Source: Rubripirellula sp.
Lineage (GTDB): Bacteria > Planctomycetota > Planctomycetia > Pirellulales > Pirellulaceae
Length of the DNA stretch: 64,000 nucleotides
Assembly (NCBI GenBank): GCA_965216875.1
Contig: OZ244207.1
Location: 7,456,001 to 7,520,000, forward strand
Reading direction: 5' to 3'
The stretch's first letter is position 1; the number at the start of each line of letters is the position of its first letter. Under the pieces are notes generated by a model. The model was not told where the DNA came from. It saw nothing but the letters and a program-made list of their open reading frames with translations, and made no database searches. Of this stretch, positions 28,914-36,174 are shown piece after piece. The position numbers and the translations under genes were made by a program.

Positions 28914-29894
28914 ATGAAGATCATGCTTGCAGCACCGCGCGGTTTCTGTGCCGGTGTCAGGATGGCAACCGAGAGCCTGAAGAGGGCTCTCGATCTTTAC
29001 GGCGCCCCCGTCTTGGTTTATCACGAAATCGTCCACAACAATTGGATCGTCGACCAATTCGAAAATGCTGGTGTCGTCTTTATCAACGACATCAATGAAG
29101 CACCACGCGGAAGTGTCGTGATGTTCAGCGCTCACGGGGTTGCACCCGAGATTCGACAACGTGCTGCTGAGCTTGAGTTGACCACGATCGATGCGACCTG
29201 CCCACTGGTGCGTAAAGTGCACGACGAAGCAACTCGCTTCTCGCAGCAGGGCTTTACCGTCTTTTTGATTGGGCACGCTGGTCACGACGAAGTGGTCGGC
29301 ACGCTCGGCATTTCTGATCGTATCCACTTGGTCGAATCGATCGATGACGTCGATCAACTCACGGCAGAAGATCCCAGTAAGACCGCGTATGTAATGCAGA
29401 CGACGCTGAGCGTTGATGATTCGCAGAGAATCGTCGATCGTTTGCGTGAGCGTTTTCCGAGTGTCGTCGCGCCACCGAAGCAGGACATCTGCTACGCGAC
29501 TCAGAATCGCCAAGAAGCGGTCCGCGAGCTCGGACATGAGGCGGATGTCGTCTTGGTGGTAGGCAGCACGACAAGTTCTAACAGCACTCGTCTGAAGGAG
29601 CTTGGCGCCAGTCTCGGGCGTCCTGCCTATTTGGTAGATGGCCCCGACGACATTGATCTGAATTGGTTCACAGGCGATGAAACCGTGTTGATCACAGCGG
29701 GAGCGAGCGCACCGGAAATCTTGACGCAGCGCTGCGTCGACCGCTTGGTCAAAGCGTTCGGTGCGTCGGTCGAGGAACGTTTGCTGCGGGTCGAGCACGC
29801 GCAGTTTCCGTTGCCCATTGAGCTTCGCGAAGCGGCGGCTGCGAAGGGCTACTCCCTGGACGCGACCAACACGAGCTCGAACCTGCTTGTCTGA
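28914..29894 (+). CDS. ispH: 4-hydroxy-3-methylbut-2-enyl diphosphate reductase
   Basis: APRGFCAGV, HEIVHN, FSAHG, DATCPLV, GHDEV, DICYATQNRQ, SSNS, TAGASAPE; AAGGAG RBS in the 12-bp gap after the previous stop. Confidence 0.97.
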   Translation: MKIMLAAPRGFCAGVRMATESLKRALDLYGAPVLVYHEIVHNNWIVDQFENAGVVFINDINEAPRGSVVMFSAHGVAPEIRQRAAELELTTIDATCPLVRKVHDEATRFSQQGFTVFLIGHAGHDEVVGTLGISDRIHLVESIDDVDQLTAEDPSKTAYVMQTTLSVDDSQRIVDRLRERFPSVVAPPKQDICYATQNRQEAVRELGHEADVVLVVGSTTSSNSTRLKELGASLGRPAYLVDGPDDIDLNWFTGDETVLITAGASAPEILTQRCVDRLVKAFGASVEERLLRVEHAQFPLPIELREAAAAKGYSLDATNTSSNLLV

Positions 29895-29916
29895 GTCTCG
29901 TTAATGGTTCTCTTGC

Positions 29917-29998
29917 CCGTAGCTACCTTCGTCAGAAGGTGGACTGGGTTGGTAACCTGTCTCCATCACCGACAACGCTCTGGCGAGCGTAGCTACGG
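29917..29998. repeat. GTAG-type REP doublet (REPIN-like), copy 1
   Basis: GTAG-CTACCTTC-gtca-GAAGGTGG, 30-bp spacer, then inverted CAACGCTC-tggc-GAGCGTAG-CTAC; near-identical copy at 52126-52204. Confidence 0.85.
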
Positions 29999-30027
29999 TG
30001 CTTGTTCAAGGTCGCTCTCGACTACCC

Positions 30028-30056
30028 CACGCTCTAGCGAGCGTTGCTTGCTACGG
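30028..30056. repeat. Degenerate solo REP of the same family
   Basis: cacgctctagcgagcgttgcttgctacgg resembles caacgctctggcgagcgtagctacgg. Confidence 0.65.
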
Positions 30057-30393
30057 CGTCTCGAAGTTCGGCCCCCAGACGTCTCTGCGGCTGATTCTCA
30101 CGTCGTTGATAAGAGGTTCGGATTAGCTGGACCTCGCACGCCTCTGTTGGCGTGTCAGCCTCCCCATCGCTACCGCTGCGAGGGGATTAAGCTGCAACGG
30201 TTAGGTTTGCGTCGCGGTCGCTGCTTTTGCGATCTCAAGCGACCGCAGTGATCAATCCGATTCCAGTTGCTAGACACGCGTCAATACCTGCAGCACGCCT
30301 ACCGTCTGAAGAGTCAGCCGAGGCTGTGTAATCAGGTATGAACCTCCCACACCCCAACCTAAGCCGCAAACTTTACATGATCGCACAGGTTCC

Positions 30394-31692
30394 ATGAATC
30401 AATACCGTTTCAAGTCTGTTGTCGTCTGCCTGACGCTATTGGCGAGCATGCCGACCCTTGCACATCGAGCACACGCGGACGGTGTCATTCGGGACGGTCT
30501 TGGCGCGATATCCATCGGGCGTGGCGGTACGAACATTGGACATTCGGACAATGTCGCGATCGTGCTTGAAAACCCTGCGGGCATGGTCAACATTGCCAGC
30601 GAAAAGATGGGTGGGATTGGTGTCGAACTGTTGCGAACCGACATCGACTATTCCGACCCGATGAACAACACGAGTGCGGAAGTCCAGGTCTACCCTGTCG
30701 GTCAAGTTGGCTATGTCAAACGGGACCCAATGGGACTCTGGGCGGTCGGATTTGGCGTCTTCGCACCCGCTGGATTTGGTGCAGAATGGAACGTCAACCA
30801 CGCGGTGTTTGGCCCGCAACGTCAAAAGTCGTTCGGCGCGTTGATCAAGATTCTGCCGGGATTCTCGGTTCGCATGACAGAGAAGCTTTCCGTTGGTGCG
30901 GGACTTGGCGTCGCGGTCAGTCGTACGGAACTGAGCGGTCCGTTTCACTTGCAAAGTGGACCACCGCCCTTGCCCGGTGCACCAACGTTGCTTGACATGG
31001 AAGCGACCGGAGCGGCGCTCGCGTGGAATGTGGGATTGCAGTATCAGCTGTCCGACAAAACGACTCTTGGCCTTTCCTATGTTGGCGAAACCGACGTCGA
31101 GCACTCAGGTGATGCGACAGCAACCGTTCCAATTCCTGGGTTCGGTTTGCAGACCGGTGATTTCGACGCTGATGTCAACCTTGCTTGGCCGCGGTCACTC
31201 GGGATCGGGCTGGTTCATTCACCTTGTTGTCATCATCGGTTCTCGGTCGATGCGATCTGGTATGACTGGTCCAGCGCCTTTGACGACGTCGAATTGACAT
31301 TGTCGAATCCATCGAACCCGATCTTCCTCGGTGTGTTGGGGAATTCGTTCACGGACCTGTTTCCACTTCGCTGGCGAGATTCGGTGTCGGTCCGAACCGG
31401 GTATGAGCACTTCTTTGGCAATGACAAAGTGCTGCGTACGGGGTATGTCTACCATCGAAACCCGATTCCCGACGCGACGCTTACCAATTACATCCCTGCG
31501 ATTCTCGAGCACGCGTTCTCGGTCGGCTATGGCCAGAAGGTCTGCGGCTGGAATGTGGATTTGGCGTACCAGTTCTCTTGGGGTGCTTCGCGGTCCGTGG
31601 GAACGAGCGCCATTCTTGGTGGCGACTTCGACAACAGCAGCGTCGACGCCGAAGCTCATTGGTTTGCGATCAACGTCCAGCATCGACATTGA
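30394..31692 (+). CDS. FadL/OmpP1/TodX family outer membrane channel for hydrophobic molecules
   Basis: Signal peptide ending AHA, hatch-domain GAISIGRGG...ENPAG (NPA motif), GFGVFAPAG, WRDSVSVRTGYE beta strands. Confidence 0.87.
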   Translation: MNQYRFKSVVVCLTLLASMPTLAHRAHADGVIRDGLGAISIGRGGTNIGHSDNVAIVLENPAGMVNIASEKMGGIGVELLRTDIDYSDPMNNTSAEVQVYPVGQVGYVKRDPMGLWAVGFGVFAPAGFGAEWNVNHAVFGPQRQKSFGALIKILPGFSVRMTEKLSVGAGLGVAVSRTELSGPFHLQSGPPPLPGAPTLLDMEATGAALAWNVGLQYQLSDKTTLGLSYVGETDVEHSGDATATVPIPGFGLQTGDFDADVNLAWPRSLGIGLVHSPCCHHRFSVDAIWYDWSSAFDDVELTLSNPSNPIFLGVLGNSFTDLFPLRWRDSVSVRTGYEHFFGNDKVLRTGYVYHRNPIPDATLTNYIPAILEHAFSVGYGQKVCGWNVDLAYQFSWGASRSVGTSAILGGDFDNSSVDAEAHWFAINVQHRH

Positions 31693-31896
31693 TCCCGACG
31701 CCCGTATCAATGACTCAATCGAACGATGGTTCGATTGCGTAGACATGCGTCCAACAACTGCGGGTGAATCTTGATCAATTTGTTGTGATCGTGCGGTCGC
31801 GTAGATATAACCAGATTGGTATTCCGAGCTTACTGATCGTGTGTTTGGAATCACGCAACCGAGACGAAGCAGCATTGATTGACGAGACGACCTGTT

Positions 31897-34365
31897 ATGA
31901 AACGCTCATATACCTTCGGCGGCAAGACCGTCGAGTTGGAAGCGGTCCCCGATATGTTGGGCGTTCGCTTCAGCGAACCGGCGCCCTACAGCGCCCGAGC
32001 CGCGGCGGTACGCGGCCCTGAGTTTGGCGAGTTTGAAAAACGGACCGAATTGCCTCGTGAGAAATTCACGATCTTCAAAGTCTCGCCTTCGCCAGTCGAT
32101 CCAGAAAAGCGGTTGGCCGCTGCGGCCGCAACGGTGTCACGTTCGAAAGCGGTCGAACGCGTCTCACCTATCTTTGCTGTAGGCGATGCTTATGCGATGG
32201 CGACCGAGCGGTTGTTGGTTGGGTTCACCAGCGCCAAAGCATCGAAAGACTTCATCGACGATTTTGAAGAGGTGATTTCAAAGGAAGGCAACGAGTACGT
32301 CGTGCGGCTTGCCAGTGACGCCGACCCGTTCAAGTCCGCTGCGGATCTGATGGAATATGAAGGTGTCGAATACGCTGAGCCTGACTTTGTCAATTTTGGC
32401 TCGCACCTGCCGCGGCGTGTGATGCGTTCGAGCGATGACAAAAAGGGCACCGGTTCGTCGGAAGTCGACCAGTATGCCATTCGCATCACGCAGGCCGTCG
32501 AAGCTTGGCAGTTGCAGAAGGGAGACCCCAAGATTCGTATCGCGATCCTCGACGAAGGTGTTGATACCGGACACGAGGATTTGGCATCGATCATCGTTGG
32601 TAACTACGACGGCGTTGATGATGACGATTTTCAAGAGCCGAAAGATTGGGATGCGCATGGCACGGCGTGCGCAGGTTTGGCGGCGGCAAGACATGACAAC
32701 GAAATCGGGGTCAAAGGAATCGGCGGTGGTTGTTCAATTCTAGCGGTTCGAATCGCATACTCTGCGAGTCGAGGTGCCAACTGGACGACACGCAATTCTT
32801 GGATCGCTCGCGCGATCGATTGGTCATGGAGGAATGACGCCGACGTGTTGAGCAATAGTTGGGGCGGCGGAACGCCATCAGCTGCGATTGCCAATGCGTT
32901 CCACCGTGCACGCAGTAAAGGACGAGGTGGTAAAGGCGCCGTGTTGGTGATGGCTGCAGGCAACGCCAATCGCTTGCACGATTTTCCGAGCAGCTTGGAC
33001 GAAGTGTTGACGGTTTCGGCAAGCAACGAATACGACGAACCCAAGACGCCCACCAGTCGTGATGGCGAACGTTGGTGGGGATCGAGTTATGGCCCGAAAG
33101 TTGATGTTGCCGCGCCGGGCGTACACAACGCGACCACCGATAACTCTGGCCCGCGCGGTTACAACCGTGTCCATGGCGAGGCCGGGAACTACACCCCTGC
33201 GTTCAATGGCACGTCTTCGTCGACTCCCATTGTTGCGGGGGCGATCGGGTTAGTGCTTTCGGCAAACCCTGATCTAACCGAGGCGGAGGTTCGCGACATC
33301 ATCCGCAACTCTGCCGACAAGGTTGGAGACATTCCCTATGTCAACGGTCGCAATGATCGCATGGGGCACGGACGGCTCAACGTGCTGCGGGCCGTCAAGA
33401 TGGCCAAGGAAACCGAGGATCGGGTTGTCCCGACAGGGCTGCATGCACCGGTGACCAACGAGGTTGGAGATTCCGAAGCGGAGGTCACCCTGATCGCGGT
33501 CAAGCACGCGACGGTTGGCTCGGCGGCGACCGATGGCCATCACGAATCCGACGGTCAGGAGTCGCTGCCGCAAGAGAAAGCGCGGGGCGCTGGAAAGCTA
33601 GCACCACCGCCGGCTCCGCAAGCACCTGACATTAGCGGACTTCAAGACATTGCGACGGCGTCCTACATCGACATGCCGTCGCCAGAAACCGTTCATGGTG
33701 TTGACGATCGTCGACGGATCAAATCGACAAAAAACTATCCATGGCGGGCGACGGCATCGTTGGTCATCACCGCGCGTGACGATTCGTCATGGATCGGAAC
33801 GGGGTGGTTCATCGGACCGAACACGTTGGTCACAGCAGGACATTGTGTCTATATCCACCGACCAGAGCGTCCCGAACGTCATGGTTTTGTCAAACGCATC
33901 GTTGTGATCCCGGGCCGCAATGAGAATGAAATGCCGTACGGTTCCGCGGCGTCCGAAACGTTCTTCTCAGTCAAAGGTTGGACGGAACATGGACGAAGCG
34001 ACTTTGATTATGGGGCGATCAAGATCTCGACGGGTCTTGGTGACAAGGTTGGTACCTTGGGCTTCGGTGTTTTCGGGCGTGACGATCTGATGAGTGTCAC
34101 CGGTAACATTGCCGGCTACCCGGGGGACAAGGAAAAGGGCACGCTTTGGTATGACCACAACCGGGTCGCGCGCGTGTCGGATCGCAAGATCTATTACGAC
34201 ATCGACACCGCGGGCGGGCAAAGTGGTGCTGCCGTTTACAAGTTCGAAGATGGCCAACGCATTGCGTTTGGGATTCACGCCTATGGGGGCGCGATCAATA
34301 ATTCGGCGACGCGTATCACGACACCCGTTTTTCAGAATCTGACCAATTGGAACGAGGACGATTGA
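31897..34365 (+). CDS. S8 subtilase fused to a C-terminal V8/glutamyl-endopeptidase-like (S1B) protease
   Basis: S8 triad AILDEG, HGTACAG, GTSSSTP; trypsin-like triad TAGHC, DYG, GGQSG; no obvious signal peptide; alternative TTG start 31879. Confidence 0.9.
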   Translation: MKRSYTFGGKTVELEAVPDMLGVRFSEPAPYSARAAAVRGPEFGEFEKRTELPREKFTIFKVSPSPVDPEKRLAAAAATVSRSKAVERVSPIFAVGDAYAMATERLLVGFTSAKASKDFIDDFEEVISKEGNEYVVRLASDADPFKSAADLMEYEGVEYAEPDFVNFGSHLPRRVMRSSDDKKGTGSSEVDQYAIRITQAVEAWQLQKGDPKIRIAILDEGVDTGHEDLASIIVGNYDGVDDDDFQEPKDWDAHGTACAGLAAARHDNEIGVKGIGGGCSILAVRIAYSASRGANWTTRNSWIARAIDWSWRNDADVLSNSWGGGTPSAAIANAFHRARSKGRGGKGAVLVMAAGNANRLHDFPSSLDEVLTVSASNEYDEPKTPTSRDGERWWGSSYGPKVDVAAPGVHNATTDNSGPRGYNRVHGEAGNYTPAFNGTSSSTPIVAGAIGLVLSANPDLTEAEVRDIIRNSADKVGDIPYVNGRNDRMGHGRLNVLRAVKMAKETEDRVVPTGLHAPVTNEVGDSEAEVTLIAVKHATVGSAATDGHHESDGQESLPQEKARGAGKLAPPPAPQAPDISGLQDIATASYIDMPSPETVHGVDDRRRIKSTKNYPWRATASLVITARDDSSWIGTGWFIGPNTLVTAGHCVYIHRPERPERHGFVKRIVVIPGRNENEMPYGSAASETFFSVKGWTEHGRSDFDYGAIKISTGLGDKVGTLGFGVFGRDDLMSVTGNIAGYPGDKEKGTLWYDHNRVARVSDRKIYYDIDTAGGQSGAAVYKFEDGQRIAFGIHAYGGAINNSATRITTPVFQNLTNWNEDD

Positions 34366-34637
34366 TGCCGGATCTTTGGTCGCTCAACCTTTGCGTTGTC
34401 GATCCCCAAGGTGGCCCCGTCGAGATGGCCGCCGTAAGTATTTCCGCGTCGTCACATCCGGTTGCCGATGTCGCCGCGTGTACCTCGGCGTCCGGTCGGG
34501 TTGCCATCGATGTGCCGTCGAGTGGTCGCTACACGATCACCATCGTCGCCGACAAGGGACGACGAGCCTCGGTTGAGGTGGAAGCGGTGACCGACGATGC
34601 GATCACCACCATCGCTCTCGATGATGGTGAGGAATGA
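34365..34637 (+). CDS. Small acidic beta-sandwich protein (carboxypeptidase-regulatory-like/prealbumin-like), coupled to the protease gene
   Basis: TGATG stop/start overlap at 34363-34367; VVDPQGGPV...TSASGR...GRYTITI pattern. Confidence 0.65.
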   Translation: MPDLWSLNLCVVDPQGGPVEMAAVSISASSHPVADVAACTSASGRVAIDVPSSGRYTITIVADKGRRASVEVEAVTDDAITTIALDDGEE

Positions 34638-34658
34638 TGGCGGGGGCGTTGCTGTCAA

Positions 34659-36116
34659 TCAAGCGATGACGTCGTGGATCGGTTCGACTTCTTCGACGCC
34701 AACAAGTTTCTGGTCCAATCCGCTATAGAAGTAGGAAAGGTGGTTGGGGTCGAGGCCAAGTTGGTGCAGGACGGTCGCGTGCATGTTTTTGACATGCAAT
34801 GGGTTTTCGACAGCACGAGAACCGAGTTCATCCGTGGTGCCGTAGCTAACGCCGCCCTTGATGCCGCCGCCAGCCATCCACATGGTGAAACCGTACGCGT
34901 TGTGGTCCCGACCGGAGCCTTTCGCGTATTCGGCGGTCGGTTGGCGACCGAATTCGCCACCCCAGACGACCAGTGTTTCGTCCAACATGCCGCGCTGCTT
35001 TAGGTCGGCAAGCAAGCCGGCGATGGGCAGGTCCGTATTTCCGGCGTGTTTGTTGTGATTGACTTCAAGGTCACCGTGGGCGTCCCAGTTGTCATCGTTG
35101 TGGGCGCCGCCACTATAGAGTTGGATGAATCGCACGCCCCGTTCAACGAGTCGTCGTGCCATCAAGCAGCGTGTTCCAAAGTCTTTGGTGCGGTCCTTGT
35201 TGATTCCGTACAAGTCGAGGGTTTTGGCGTCTTCCTGCGAAAGGTCGACGGCTTCGGGAGCAGTTGATTGCATGTTGAACGCAAGTTCGTAACTCGCAAT
35301 GCGTGAGGCCAAGTCACTGTTACCATCGCGTGTCGATAAATGACGTTGGTTCGCGTTTTGAATCGAATCGATCAATTCGCGTTGGACTCCGCTAGGCAGG
35401 TCACTCGGAGGAGCCAAGTCGAGAATGGGCGCACCCTTGCTTCGGAAGACTGTTCCCTGGTAGGTCGCTGGCATGTAGCCGCTGCTCCAGTTCTTGGCGC
35501 CACTGATCGGACCACCGCTAGGGTCGAGCATGACGACAAAACCAGGAAGGTTTTCGTTGACGCTGCCCAGGCCGTAGTTGACCCAAGAGCCGAGCGCTGG
35601 CGATCCGGACAGAATGCGTCCGCTGTTCATCATCAGCATCGCCGAACCATGAATCGGGGAATCGGCGGTCATCGAGTGAAGGAATGCGATGTCGTCAACG
35701 TGCTGGGCGACATTGGGAAACAGCGAACTGACCCATTTGCCACATTGGCCGTATTGTTTGAAATCCCAACGAGGTTCGACGATCCGTCCTGAGTCACGAT
35801 GGCCACCACGGCCATGCGTTTTGACTTTGACCGTCTTACCGTCCATCCCTTTCATGATCGGCTTGCGATCAAAAGTGTCGATGTGACTTGGGCCACCGTA
35901 CATGAATAAGAAGATCACCGACTTCGCTTTGGGTGCGAAATGGGGTGGCTTGGCTGCCAAGGGACTTGTCCACTCGGACTCCGCGGCGGATGCGTTGCCA
36001 AAGAAACCGTCGCCCGCGAGCATCGACGTGAGCGCTGCGGCACCAAAACCTCCGCCAGTTTGCCAGAGGAACTCGCGTCGCGTGCGTCCGCAAAAGTCTC
36101 GTCGCTTCTTGGTCAT
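34659..36116 (-). CDS. DUF1501 domain protein with Tat signal
   Basis: TRREFL Tat motif, AKSVIFLFMYGGPSHIDTFD, ARRLVERGVRF, WDAH, WGGEFGR; start moved to ATG 36116. Confidence 0.93.
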   Translation of the reverse strand: MTKKRRDFCGRTRREFLWQTGGGFGAAALTSMLAGDGFFGNASAAESEWTSPLAAKPPHFAPKAKSVIFLFMYGGPSHIDTFDRKPIMKGMDGKTVKVKTHGRGGHRDSGRIVEPRWDFKQYGQCGKWVSSLFPNVAQHVDDIAFLHSMTADSPIHGSAMLMMNSGRILSGSPALGSWVNYGLGSVNENLPGFVVMLDPSGGPISGAKNWSSGYMPATYQGTVFRSKGAPILDLAPPSDLPSGVQRELIDSIQNANQRHLSTRDGNSDLASRIASYELAFNMQSTAPEAVDLSQEDAKTLDLYGINKDRTKDFGTRCLMARRLVERGVRFIQLYSGGAHNDDNWDAHGDLEVNHNKHAGNTDLPIAGLLADLKQRGMLDETLVVWGGEFGRQPTAEYAKGSGRDHNAYGFTMWMAGGGIKGGVSYGTTDELGSRAVENPLHVKNMHATVLHQLGLDPNHLSYFYSGLDQKLVGVEEVEPIHDVIA

Positions 36117-36174
36117 CTTGATCTCAATCGGGAAGGGCGTTGTGGTGGTTGGGTCTTTTGGAGGGGCCAGCGGT

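Noticed and set aside
27711..29798. Two 324-aa minus-strand ORFs (27711-28685 and 28824-29798)
   Set aside because: They lie antisense to the terpene-synthase-like gene and ispH, have no recognisable motifs, and are typical shadow ORFs of GC-rich coding DNA.
27807..29894. Hopanoid or carotenoid cluster
   Set aside because: No squalene-hopene cyclase, HpnCDE, CrtB/CrtI or radical SAM genes are adjacent, and the synthase motifs fit a terpene-cyclase-type fold better than squalene/phytoene synthase.
29919..30056. Possible mini CRISPR array (24-bp palindromic units about 30 bp apart)
   Set aside because: The first two units are inverted rather than direct, there are at most three units, and no cas genes are present; a REP doublet explains it better.
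29904..30251. 115-aa ORF between ispH and the FadL gene
   Set aside because: It runs through the REP doublet, is Arg/Cys-rich with no motif, and is most likely non-coding.
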